64,000 bases of DNA from Phoronis australis (lineage: Eukaryota; Animalia; Phoronida). The notes beneath the pieces are model-generated. The model saw nothing but the letters and a program-made list of their open reading frames with translations, was not told the DNA's origin and ran no database searches. The translations under genes were made by a program, and so were the position numbers. Position 1 is the stretch's first letter; each line of letters begins with the position of its first letter. The stretch is from assembly GCA_002633005.1 (NCBI GenBank), contig NMRA01000179.1, positions 217,954-281,953 of the forward strand. Direction: 5' to 3'. Shown here in pieces: positions 1 through 13,200 of this stretch.

Positions 1-2002
1 TTGCAAAATTTATCTTAAACACCTGTTCGAAAATCTATATTCATACTATGGGGAGTTGGTGGGTTCAGTCTTGGAATAAATGGATTGAACAGGGAACTGG
101 TAACAAAAGGCCAGATGTTCTTATATACCTGACTAATCTCCTAATACTTTAAACACGCCCCATAGGTTTTCAAATTTGACTCCGGTAAGGTAAACTAGTC
201 ACAGCATAAATTCAAACTCAACATAGCAACGTATCAAAACATGTTTTGGAGAATGCTGGGGGGATGCGCGGGGGGAGGGGTTGAACTTCAAATCTAGTGA
301 CATTTCACAACAGGTCATCCCAAATAAACACCTATGCAGCTGAATTCAGGAAAATTTTGTACTCATAGACTCGCGACAGCCAACAGGCCTTCATCTAGCA
401 GGCTTCTGTAGACATTGAAGTTCTGACTAATTCAGTTATCGTTTTTTAGTGTTTGGATGCCCATACAAAGTAAGCAAGGAAGTTTTGATGTAGACCTCTT
501 TAAGTTACCAGCAGCAGATTAGGGAGCTCATTGGCTGGCCTTAATAAAACAGCTAGTTAAGATATGATACAAAATACAATGAACTTTATTGCAGCCCATG
601 TCTCCCCAGTATCTCACAACACTTGTTCAGCAATTTGACTTGGGGTCATAAAAATGCATCAGTGATAGTTGCCCTTAGAAATAGTGAAACCCATTTTACC
701 ATAGATGTCCCATGTTTTTGACATCTGGGACAAAACCCCAGATATCAGTCCCTGATTTAGAGAACCAGTTACATCCACTAAATAGCTGGCCTGTTATTCA
801 GTGATTGCATGGTCCTCTAAACCTGACCAGTGCTCTCTGACCCAAGCACATAACTTTGGACCCACAATTACAATTTTGCATGGTTTGAACTTTTCTATAG
901 TGTAGATTACATTCATGTCTACAGGTCACTCACTTGTTTAAAACGCTGGCTTGTGATCACTTTAGACCACATTTTTTGAAATTGAATTTGTAACCAGACA
1001 AACAATCTTGAAGTCATCTCAACTAACTATAGATATTTTTCATTCATAGACCCTGAATTTCCAAAGCTCATCCATGCTTACTTTTTTAACAAGGGTCCTG
1101 GATTTTGAGAACCGGTGGATGGCTGTTATTCCAAGGAATCTCGTTCTTAAAATATGAATCCCTGTAAGTGACTACTACCTGGTTTTGGGATACCAGAAAG
1201 GTAAAAAAAAATGTCTCTTTTGAATATGATACACCCTAGCACTTGCACAGAAATTCCTGGTAGCTGAGGTCAGAATCTTGACATTAATATTTAGCATTAA
1301 GAACAATAAACAAGTTATTTAAATGACAACAATACACTTGGGTTTCAGGTATTCTGAGAACTAATGACCCACAGGGAGAGCAATAATCAACCAATTTGAC
1401 ATAAATCAATGATTACTCTCACACCTGGGAACTTAGACAGACAGAAACTTTTAATAAACAACCAAAAACGTCTTCCAAATCTTGCAGTGCAATTGCAATT
1501 GGGCTTCTACAAAATCTCACAGCAATTCAAAACTCTATCCACACCATCTAATTTAGAAGTTACTTATCTAGCCATTATTCAAAAAAGACCAATCCTCAAA
1601 CATAAGAGGGACTACATAAAGTTCTACAATTCACTACCATGTTCTCCAATACAAATTCCTCACACATACAAGGGCAGTAGGGCCTAGGCTATGGACAAAC
1701 AAAAACGAGAACAGGTCAAGAAAACAATCCAAAATTTTACAGTTTAAAGTTATAACGCAGATGTGTCATCTGACATTTGCAATACATTGTACTGCATTAG
1801 AACTCAACGTTCGAGGACACAACAGCACCCGACAATGAGGAAATTATCTAGGCCTACTAGTACTAGGCCTGATCTGAAGTGGGTTTAACTTTGTCAGTGA
1901 CTGATGGTAATTCAAAGTTTGGCAAACGAATTGTTCATAGGCATCGGGGACACAGCAGGATAGTGTGACTGCAAGTAAATTACGAGTAAGACTACAAATT
2001 CA

Positions 2003-2218
<216 letters not shown>

Positions 2219-2308
2219 TCATGCGTATATTTCGTTTTGCCCTCACACAAGCGGACACCACGACGTGCGTTGGACAACATGGTGGATGAACGAGGCACTG
2301 CACTGTAA

Positions 2309-2327
2309 TGACGTCAGCATGACGTCA
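2309..2327. promoter_or_regulatory. Tandem full CRE sites (TGACGTCA at 2309-2316 and 2320-2327) upstream of SIK
   Basis: Two perfect palindromes 11 bp apart, about 140 bp upstream of the ATG. A CRE variant TGACGTAA follows at 2402-2409. Confidence 0.75.
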
Positions 2328-3937
2328 TTTGCTGTATATCTATCCATTATCCGGTCAAAGAGGCGTGGCTTGTGGGAATTGTTGCCCCAGACAACAACCG
2401 TTGACGTAAAACTCGCTTTCTTGATAGCGGTCGCTTGTTTTCAAGTACTCCACTCACACCATTTACCTTCAGTACAAGCTTATGACCACAAGTAACAAAC
2501 AAGGTGCGCGCTGTGCATTCCGGCCCAATTGTAAACACGATGCATCATATGCTTGCCACATTTGTAGTCAACAAATTGCGATTTATACAAGGTTTGAAAT
2601 GTACGATGTCGAGTTCATTATATTTAATGATATTCGACCCCGCAGTGCGTTGAACTCGATCGCTACGGTGCATAGCTGAGGGTTACGTATTCAGCATTGA
2701 CGTAGAGACATTGAAATCATAAACATGATGGACCTGCGTACCGGCAGCGGCATTGTACGGAAAATACACTGCCTCCAGTGGCAAACTGGAAACATTTGAC
2801 AGTGTTGCTGAAGTTCGATGTAATATATTTTCAAGAATAACTTAATCGTATTTATTGCTAATGGTTAGTTGGTTGTTGTGGAGGCTGTGGGCGTAATAGC
2901 ATTTCGTTCATTCGCAAAACGATAGGCTTATCAACAGCGGTTAGTGAGCAACGATGTCGGAAAAATTGCTACCCAGGTCATTACTGAAACGTATTTATTT
3001 AACTGGATTTTCAAAACATTGCAAACCCGTAATAGTATTAAGCATAATCACGACATTTCAGACTCACGAACATGAAAATTGGTATAATCGGATTTCTCAA
3101 TTTATTCCGCGTACTAAAACTTCTCGAATTTATCTGTGCGTATCGAGGCTTATAGCAAACAATTAGATGTCTAGCGAGACAAAAATTCAAACAATTTTAT
3201 TCATGTCGAGTTGGATTCATATGATGCCGAATTCAAACACACACTGCCTGCGCCCACATGGGGGTGATTCAGCCGAAACACAAGCCTCTATAGCATAACT
3301 AGTGTTTTTAAATTATTGAATTGATTCGACGTATGATGTCAAGAGGCGGTCCTCGTGACTAGACTTTTTACTTCAATGCTGATCTGTTTTTGTCTGTATT
3401 TTATAGTATTCAAGTATACAAAACACTTCTTCCCCCGAAAATACGCTGTTGGACAATGTGGTAAAAGCTTAAACGACAAATTATTTTTCGGATTAAATCG
3501 TTATTTTTGAGCGGTATAATAATTTAATTACTTTTGATATCCTTCGTCAGATTCCCTTCAAACTACAACATGGTATTTCTAAAGGACGAGCTGAAATTTC
3601 ACGTTTTTAAATAATTGTTACCGATGACGGAGACAAAAGTGCAATTAGATACCTCAACTTCTTCAAAGACTGGATTTCAGTGTTACGCAATTCATGTATG
3701 TCTTCATAATGTAACTTAACCGTCGAACTTTTTACAAATTGTCAAATAGCGCCAGATTTCAGTCAATGATGTGTGCATTGAAAGTGGAATCGATCGATAA
3801 CCTTTCTGTTGCAGCCAACTAAACAACCTGCGTGAAGGATGACTTATTTTTGGCTCAGTAGGCGAAATAGTAAAAAATCGTTCTATCTGCGCACGTTCCA
3901 CTAAGGTGTACGTCAGATGACAACAGTGGCATTAACG

Positions 3938-4320
3938 CCCGGGGGGGTACTCGATTACAGTTTGACGGGGTGGTCCTGATAAATTAGGATATTCATCATT
4001 TTAAAGAGTGGACACGATTAGATCAGTGATATGACCATTTGCTGAGAGATTCTTTACAAATCTTGCTTTCGTATTTTTTTCACAGCATTATTACTTTTAC
4101 TGCCTGTTAAAAAATGTCTATTTTCGTATTAAAATTCAATAAAAAAAAGTCTATGGACTGAGTTACTTTCAGTGACACCAAAAACTGTGTTATACGAACC
4201 CTTTCTGTAGAATTCTGTTGGAAATATGACCCGTTCGTAGAGTTTGTGTGAAAAGTGTAAACATTTTCGTTGGGGATTAATTCGAAAGGCAATTCGCCCC
4301 CTCGAACGAAATCCCCCCTA
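3938..4320. mobile_element. Degenerate MITE beginning CCCGGGGGGGTACTC
   Basis: Terminus typical of a widespread invertebrate non-autonomous DNA-element family. A related copy lies at about 27614-28053. The right end is not well defined. Confidence 0.35.
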
Positions 4321-4857
4321 CCATCGACGTCAATTAAACGTCGTTACGAAGAAGATCGAGTTTGAAAGATCATGAGACAAAAAATTACCGGTCATTCACT
4401 GAGTGGTAACTGTTAAACAGTAGTGTTAGGGAGGGAACACGGCTCACGTCCTCCTCCTGAATCCAGCTTACTCCGGGATTCACAAGCACAGCCCCATCAC
4501 TCACAAATAACCCCCAACTTGATTTACTGACTCAGGACGTGTATTGGCTCACAGAAGAGTCCATGAACCATCTTTGCCGGGCGAGGTTCGAAATTATCAC
4601 ACCGAGAATCATACGTAAGTGCCACCACATCAACACCCTAACCCCAACCCTAACACCGCTTGAGTGTCTGATTTCAGCTCGGTGCAATGCCGGACCAAGC
4701 TGTTTTGTAAATGCGGGGCAATGAGTCCGTGAGACGTGGCAGTATCGAACCGTGTCTCTATTTAATTAGTGCGTAGTCCTTCGTCGTGTCGTCCGGTTAG
4801 CTTGAAGTTATCGTGTACGTAGAACGCTTTGATGTTAAACATTTCTAATAAAGGTGA

Positions 4858-5608
4858 CTATTCACCCGACAAGTCACCTAAATAAGACGATTTTTTGATA
4901 TTCACCCGACAAACTTTTACAGATCATGGTTACGAGACAATAACGACATTTCAGAAAGAAAATATTTTCCCTTTCACCAACCGCGAGTGGCTTGAAATAA
5001 CCGAATTCAAACAATTCAAGTGACAATTTATACCGGATAAAAACCTTGCTTGTTTTGAAGTTTTTAAAAGAAATGTAGGGCCACGCGGTTGATAACAGCA
5101 TTTACTGATGCCCATGAAAATTCGGCGGATAGAAATCATGAAATCCAAATTCGCCATCCTGAATAGCTGTTAATACTTCATTTTTTACTCTTAGGGAAAA
5201 ATAGCTATAAAATGTAATTCTGAATCATTGTCGGGTGAATAACAAAATTATGATTATTTGGCCGAAAAAATGTGACGATGATGCCTAACACAATGCATTG
5301 AAGCGTTGTCGGGTGAACAGCAAAAGTGTAATTATTAGTGTCCGACAAGCTTTTGCCGTAGCATTAACCAATGAGATCGCTGAAAGTGTGTCGGGTCCGA
5401 CAACAAAAACATCTCACTGTTTGGCCGATAAGGATATGCGGTGTTGTGTTAGTCAAACACGTCGTTTAAAAGTTTGTCGGATGAATAGCAATATTGATAA
5501 GCCGTGACGTAACAAAATTCCACCAATAAGATCGTGGAATGTCTTATCGGATAACAGCAATTAGAGCCTATTGCCTTATTAGACGAATCTGTCGGTTTAA
5601 TAGCAAAA
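4858..5608. mobile_element. Foldback-like element with inverted arrays of a ~14-bp subrepeat
   Basis: ATTCACCCGACAA copies at about 4860 and 4900 on the left arm. The reverse complement TGTCGG(G/A)TGAA(T/C)A(G/A)CAA or variants occur at about 5228, 5306, 5389, 5475, 5545 and 5590 on the right arm. Confidence 0.5.
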
Positions 5609-6889
5609 AGTGACTTTTTTGGCTTACTTGTTCAGTAAATAATGTCGGCCTCAAGGACAAATCAGTTGAAAGCTTAATCAGTGCGAAACCTACAACCTAA
5701 GTATAACCAGGTATAGTATAACCCATGTTTTAAAATATAGCCAACAAGGTTATTGGCTAGGAATGCATATTACAAAGACAGTTTCCAAACGAAGATATTT
5801 TTCGTCAACAGTTTTATCTCCTGTGTTTCTTATCTTAAAAACCGAAACTCGACAAATCGAAAATCGAAGAATTAGATGGCACGCATCGAGTGAAATGTAA
5901 CTTTAGAGGAATGGTCATACCACGTCCTTCGGTTAAAATGGCTTAGTCCGAAGTCACCGTCAAACTATGTGTACTTTAGGTCATGTGAAGCTCTTAAAAT
6001 CCGTCTCGTAAAATATTCCTTATCAAGGTAGAACAAGAATGACATCGAAACCGTCAGCGACTAAGAAATACTATTCTGAGTTTGTTACGAATGCGTACTC
6101 TAACTAGGAGAATTTCTAGTTACAAGATTCCAGTCCAGTTATTGAATTACAAAAGTTGAAATAATGGTCATTATTTTATAGACTATTTTTCAATTGAAAA
6201 CTGTTACATATCATTATCAACTGCATCCATGTTTCGATTTTCGGTTTGAAATTGAAATTTGAAGCATGCCGGAATATTAAACGCAATTGAAAACTCCATT
6301 TTTAATCTGAAATTGAAAAAAGGTTCAATTTTGCAATCGTGCCACTAATAACAACGTTGTAATTCTATAATATATTTTGTTTGGTTGAAAGGTTGTGTAT
6401 CATATTCACGCTCATAACTGATTGAGTTTTTTCTCCTACACTAATAGCAGTTTATCCCGGAACGGGCCGGCATTTGCGAGTGTTGACCAATTGTGTTGTA
6501 GTGAATATCTAGCTCGAATCCTGCTATTGGTATGTGCCTTAGCACAATTATAGTTGTTTTTTTGATTAGCTGTTTAGCAAACTGTTCATAGTACTAGTGA
6601 AACACTTATATTGACTGAACGTGTCACGATTCATACTTTCAATTTAAATTGGAAAATGAAACATATTCATTCCATGAAGTTTCAAATTTAATTCAACATT
6701 CCAGGTGCCCCACTTTCGTAATGAAAATTCAGTGGACAGTTCACGTATGCAAGCACGCACGCACGGACGCCCCCGCAATGACATCATTAGGGTTAGGCCG
6801 ATCGTCGGGTCAACACATTGACGTCGCAGCCCTAAAAATAATGGGGGCTATAGCCCCCATCCCCCCCGTTTGGCGCACCGCTCATAGAC

Positions 6890-6957
6890 CATGGGCGGCA
6901 CAGCACTAAAAAAAGTGGGTCTATAGCCCCCCTGCTCCCTATTGTGCGCCGCCCATG
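6890..6957. mobile_element. Small MITE with CATGGGCGGC terminal inverted repeats
   Basis: CATGGGCGGCACAG ... TGTGCGCCGCCCATG. A related GGGGCTATAGCCCC end lies immediately to the left. Confidence 0.45.
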
Positions 6958-7694
6958 CAACCATAAAACTGGGAATTCCTGAAAATTGGGAAATGTAGCC
7001 CGACGCAGTTGCCTATGACTTCACCTACCGGTACACTCGACAACAATTCAGACTCGGATATGTCTGAGTGTGATAATAGTGTTGTTTAAAGAACTTCTCA
7101 CCGATTGACAGACAATTCAACATTACCAGTTAAACAGCAGCGAAAGCACTGTGCCTGAAGTGGGCTCTCGGCTGTATGAACATAGTCGGCCAGAGCGGTG
7201 ATGCCAACGTATTCCTAAATTTGGGTGATACCAGCGCTTGCTAAGAGTTCTCGTGTGCGCAAATGCTGGAAACCTTCAAACGTAGGTAATAAGTGCATAA
7301 TCTTAACCTTGATAGAACAACTCACGATTATCACCGTCAGTGCTCATTGTGTTTAGATGACCATATTGTTCGCAAGCTTCCAGGAGTCTGATCACAATAG
7401 TCAATAATTTTCCAGGTTACTTTATATTAAGGAATAGGAGAAAATTGGGCGTAGCATTTTTGCCATAAAAATGCCTGGAATAATATTTTCTTAAATACAG
7501 TCAGAGCGCCCTCTATCGTGAAGTAAAGCGACGAGTTGTGCCTGGTGCCAGGTCAAAATTGAGTGAGACATCATCTTCCTAATAGATACCTAATTTAAAG
7601 GAACCCCAAAGATACAGATCGGCAAATGTAAAAGAAAATGCCATACGTGCCGAGCACACCTGAAGTCGAATACTTCTGAAAATTTGTTCACGTT

Positions 7695-8314
7695 GTGGCG
7701 GATCTAGGATATCACAGAGGGGGGGGGGGCAACATTTTGTCTGTAAGCATTTGCGCAAAGCACGATTGTAGATGCGGATAGCACCGAATGGGGGGAGGTC
7801 GGGAGGTGGTTTGCCCCCTCCCGCCCAGGAAAATTTTCTGATTTTTCCTCTAAAAATCAAACATTTTCCTTGATTCCTGAAGTATTATCCAAGAAAAAAA
7901 GGCGAAAAAACACAGTTGACGACCTGACGCGTGTGCTTTACCACTAAACCACCCCTGACAATTTCACTCCTACTACGATACACAGAGACCTACTTGTTNN
8001 NNNNNNNNNNNNNNNNNNNNNNNNNNNNNNNNNNNNNNNNNNNNNNNNNNNNNNNNNNNNNNNNNNNNNNNNNNNNNNNNNNNNNNNNNNNNNNNNNNNN
8101 NNNNNNNNNNNNNNNNNNNNNNNNNNNNNNNNNNNNNNNNNNNNNNNNNNNNNNNNNNNNNNNNNNNNNNNNNNNNNNNNNNNNNNNNNNNNNNNNNNNN
8201 NNNNNNNNNNNNNNNNNNNNNNNNNNNNNNNNNNNNNNNNNNNNNNNNNNNNNNNNNNNNGCCAAGGGGGGGGGGGGGAGACGGGCCCCCTGGGCCCCCC
8301 TAAATCCACCTATG
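7695..8314. mobile_element. hAT-like MITE (GTGGCGGATCTAG...AAATCCACCTATG family) spanning an assembly gap
   Basis: Same termini and G-rich subterminal runs as the copies at 21920, 32076, 33126, 39177 and 51743. The interior is partly N. Confidence 0.6.
7999..8260. other. Assembly gap
   Basis: Run of N. Confidence 1.
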
Positions 8315-8500
8315 GTCCCATCCATGAAAGAAATCTGTGCAAAGTTTCATCAGCATGCAACCAGGGCAGATTTTTGAGATAAGGAGGTGGTGCCAGACTC
8401 ACCAGGCAGATGACTACAGAGCTGATGATGCTATAATGTGCCTTCATACGAATACATGGAGTGGGTGGATAAAATGAATACTTTCAGTGTATTAAATATG

Positions 8501-8506
8501 TTTATT
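8501..8506 (-). terminator. Candidate polyadenylation signal (AATAAA) for RSPH1
   Basis: TTTATT on the plus strand in AT-rich context, about 1.6 kb past the stop codon. No transcript evidence. Confidence 0.35.
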
Positions 8507-8649
8507 AATTTACAATATCACTATTTACAATTACATCCAAGATAAAATAATTCCATTGCAGAGAAGTGGAGAGATTTTACGCAATTTTACCAACAAGTGG
8601 ATACATGGGCTCAACTCAAAGATGAGACATTACAGCAAATTTATTTTAA

Positions 8650-8917
8650 AGGGACATTGTCGGCAAGAAAAATGATAATCTGAGATCAGATTCAACACAG
8701 AATTGAACCTGCAACCATCACAATATCAGTCAAGAAGATCTGCTGGTGGATGAGTTATGATACAACTTGATAAATCATTCTTTCAACCATATTTAACTCA
8801 GCAGTTAAGACAACATTTTCTTGTTTTATAGCTCTTGTCAATACAAATAACTTCAAGACATCTATCCATCCAGTGATAATTCTAAACTGAATGTTTTGCA
8901 AAACCGATTATGTCCCG
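8650..8917. mobile_element. Possible Kolobok-type MITE (TTAA TSD) in the putative RSPH1 3' UTR
   Basis: TTAA|AGGGACATT ... TATGTCCCG|TTAA. The imperfect TIR is short. Confidence 0.35.
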
Positions 8918-10082
8918 TTAAAATATTACAGAATGATTACAAAAACTATTGAAATGGACACAATATTGTAAAAAAGTTACAGTGTCAAAAACTAGATATT
9001 TCAAAATGAAAAACACTGAGAGCTGTCAGAATAGACTTTATCAACAGTGAGTAGCAAAGAAAGTTTTGAAAATTTTCCTCAATAAAATTAAACTAGATGA
9101 CATCAAATTTAGGAACAAAGGCATGGCATCTTGTACTGATCAAGACCCACATATTGGGAAACAAAATGTGGATAACATGGTCCATACAGAAGTGAACAAT
9201 TGCTAAGTTTGTCTCATTTTCCTGGTTGGCAAGACAAAATAACTTTGGAAATTTGCCAAAGTCATTTGCTCCAAAATTTAGCCAATTTTCACTAAGAGGA
9301 GATACTGCCAATGTATCAAAGTTTGTACCAGGGCCCACGTTAGTCCAATGGCATCAAAATGTGTTGTTCTAACAAAATAAAAACTTTAGTTTTAATCAAA
9401 CTGAAAACAAAAAATTGCTCATGAAGTAACATGTGATGATCAGCAAGCTTCGTGAAGAAATAACGATCACACAACTTCGCTTAAACTTGTGCGCAGAAAC
9501 TGCTACCTCAGTACTGCACTGTTCGCCCAAAGCTTCCAAACACCCAGCTCCTTTGCACCCACCTTCAAAAAACTGTCCATGAAGCACTGCCCTAGCACAG
9601 AACATAATACTATGTATTTAGGACCAAGGAGACCAATCTTATGGCTCTCAAAGGAAAAGCACAGGAAATGAAGCACATGATCTCTTACAGTTGATCAAAG
9701 CTGGGTCAAAGGTGATCCACCCATAAACTCATTATACATCTTCTTTAACACAAAAAAGTAGCTTCGGGCGAACACTGCAACTGTATTTCTCAAATAAAGT
9801 TCACAGACTCTCACAGATACTATCACTGCTTTTCTGAAATCACAGAAAAATCGTAAATAAATTCACTGGGAATTTAGCTGAAAATTTTTGCAAATGTTCC
9901 ACAACTACAGATGACAGAGACCACGAGTTGACAGAAACAGGTACAGAAACTAACAATAACTGAAATTCTTTTTGAGGCCAAAATTTTTTGTGATTTTCAA
10001 GGAAAATGGTTTCTTATGACAACAATTTTGAAAAGAGTAATGCCTAGCAAAGTAAGGAGAACTGAATGAGATTTCTGTTTTT

Positions 10083-10231
10083 TTACTGATCATCCTCCAC
10101 AGGCTCGTCTTCCACAGCAACCGGTTCCTCAGCAGTCCCTCCATCAGTAGCGTCCTGTTCAGTACCCTCCACTTCAGTACCCTCTGCTTCAGGGGCTGCC
10201 TCTGCTGTATCGTCACCTGGAGCAGCCTCGC
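10083..10231 (-). CDS. RSPH1: RSPH1 exon 8 (acidic tail, stop)
   Basis: ttcatag| (G)[22 protein letters not shown]...VEDDQ* (TAA). Confidence 0.85.
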
Positions 10232-13200
10232 CTATGAATAAAGCAAGACTACGGTGGCTTTTTGGAAAATGGATATAAACTGGGGCATATATAAACTTAG
10301 CACACTGTACAATCCTATTTTGGCACTCGCAAAGACACTTGCATGAGCATGACACTGGTGCAGACCTCACGGACAAAACATGGATGCAAAAAATTCCTGT
10401 GGTAAATCTTCTTTTCTTTGTGGGGTTCTAGGATGAAATCGTCAGCCATTGGTTTTAAATCATATTTTAATTTTCTGTTTAATTGTTATGATTTAGTTGT
10501 ACAGGTTTTAAAAACAACAGCATTTAAAGTCTTCCCAAAGGTCTCACTGAATTTTGCAGCAAAACGTTTCGGCTAATGATCTAGGTTCTGTATCCCATAA
10601 GTGCAACAAAGACAGACAGATTTCTATGAAATTCAAGATCTAAAACAACAAATGATTAATAAAATATTAAATGTTAGAAAACGTAAAAACCTAGGCATGA
10701 ACCAAGGGTTTCACTGAGAAGAGCAGAAATGCAGGATTGTGATCATGAAACAAAAGCACACGTGTAGAATAAAATGGTGCAAACATGGCCGCCACTGATA
10801 CAGTGCTGTAGGCATCATAGCTATACACATTCTAGTCCATGCAAGACTCACCACATCTGCCTGATTAGAATGCTACAAATGCATCAGGAATCTCAATATA
10901 TATATATACACATATGCATATATATGTATAGCCAAATAGTTCAAACATTCAATTGAACTACACGAGGCCTTTTCTGTCACTGCATAAACTGGGAGCTATA
11001 GCACTGCACTACTGGTCAATCTCCAGATTCACTAACTAATAAGAAAACAGTATTTCACATGAAGGATGAGGATTTAGCCAGACTGGCAAGAAAGCAGACA
11101 TGGGCAAGCCTCACATCTCAGTGTCAACATTGATACACATTATTCCCAAAAAGCTTCGCAAAACTGGCGAATGATGGGATCATCAATGCTGATTTTTATC
11201 ATGAATATTTGTCTCATTAAAGCCACTTATAGCAACATTCATCCTCACAAAGAGACACGTGTTAGCCCAATCAGAAAATATATCACCACGCACGGTCATT
11301 TAAATAATGTTAAAAAGTTAAGTGCTGACACCTAAAGGACACACACTTCAGTATAAATACAAGGCTCCACCAAAAGGCAAAAACAGCAAGATCAATGTTC
11401 AATAGTGAATATTCAGAATTTCATAGCAAAATCCTCTCCTTCATACTTTCTGCCTAACAAAACTAAACAACTTTGAAGAGAATTAGTCACTTTTTGAACT
11501 ACTGTACACATCAGGGGCCACGCAATAAGCAACACTCCAGGAGGATAGGCTTTGAGTGGATAGCTAGTGCTCTGACAAACTGACCAATTGCTTTCAAAGT
11601 TCTACTTCATAGACATGGAAATCAACAAGATATCGTCCAACAAATTCAATTATATTCCCATCATTGGAGCTATATGGTATTGGTTTTTGAAAGTGAAACT
11701 AAAATCTTTCAATAATGTAGAGTTTTTCAACTGAAAACCATGAAGAACTTATACCTTGCGTAAAACAAATTTGAACATTTTCATTGTTTTTTTCCTGAAA
11801 ATGGAATTTAGAACAATTTTAAGTGATTGTTCTAATAGTTTTATACACCACAACCAATATAACGATTGTTAAAGGTTAGTAAAAGGTTAGTAACAATAAA
11901 AATGTTAATTGTAAAAAACATGGAAATAACTATAAAACCAAGTGTTATTGGTCAGCAGTCAGGTTAGAGCACACATCACTATCCAATCAAAAGCCTACCT
12001 TCCTCTGTTGGCTGCTGCTCCTCCCCCTCAGTGGTGGGTGGGGCTTCATCTTCAGTGGGAGGAGCCCCCTGCTCATCATCAGCCTTCTCACCATCAGCTG
12101 TCTCTGCAGAGGTTGCTTCCTCCTCAGGCTGCTCCACCTCCTTTGGTGCGTCGTCCTCATCGTCAGGCTCCACAAGCTGTATTTGAGTGACTTCACCAGC
12201 CTTCCACTTGGGAATAATGTTTGGAACTGCATCTTCATCTTCTGCTTTTTCGTCAATCTAAGGAAACAATGAGGTCATAAAGGTATACTTTGACACCGCT
12301 ACAGTATGAAGCGTTACTGTACAGGAATCAAATCACAAAACTAAACAAACTATCTTCAAATGTGACTTAAACGATAATAATTTCAAACGTAAATAACAAC
12401 TGAATTCAGGCAACTGATATCCTATAAAATTTTTGTTTCAGGTGTGTGATTTTCAGTACTTTCGGTGTGACAGCGAAAATTTTTTTTGTTATTTTTTTCA
12501 AAATCGTAATAAATATAATCTGTTGATGTGCAAAAGTCAATCCACAGAAGTGTATAAACAAGGTTCAAATAGTAAATACCTTCCAACATGAGTACCTACA
12601 TGTACTTACGTAAACACAGATACTTAGGATAGCATGCACCAAACAATTTACGTAGTTTACACAAATTCCAGAAACTGTGTGCTCTTTGTCACTGCGACAA
12701 TCAGAAGATTGAAATGGTGAAACTAGATAATTGCATGCTCAATTATACGTGTTCCATACAACTAAAGAAATGACAACTGCAATTCTATGTGATCTCAGCT
12801 AAATAATACAAGTAACTACTCTAAACAATTTTACTCTATACTCCCAACTAGAATTCAAAACTGACAAAATTTCTGCTACTGGTGAGCCAGTTCAGCAGAC
12901 TCTAAGTTTTGGAGTCTTCATCAACTGCCATTCCTGCAGCTACATGTAAGCATTATAATCTGCACTGTTTCGTTTAACTAAATTAAATTCTTCTGTTTAT
13001 GTTAGTAGCAGTTTTTAATTGACAATGTTCCAAGGAAATGTTCACAGCTAGTTCCACCTCATGTATGACAGATAAGGTAACAGGTTGTTTACATTTTGGA
13101 TAACTTGTTCATAAATGCATGCACAGTGCCAAATCAGAGTAACTACATCTATACTGCAGACAATAACTCACAAAAGGATCATCATTTTCATCTATGGATC

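Noticed and set aside
5920-6000. Possible degenerate SINE central domain (CCTTCGG...GGTCATGTGAAG)
   Set aside because: The similarity is vague and no tRNA-like A/B boxes are recognisable.
7931-8377. Long ORFs containing X (also at 24959-25476 and 51669-52499)
   Set aside because: They are open only because they cross N gaps.
10216-10231. In-frame alternative acceptor (CTCCAG) 15 nt into RSPH1 exon 8
   Set aside because: It has a weak pyrimidine tract and the upstream AG fits well. Cannot be supported without RNA data.
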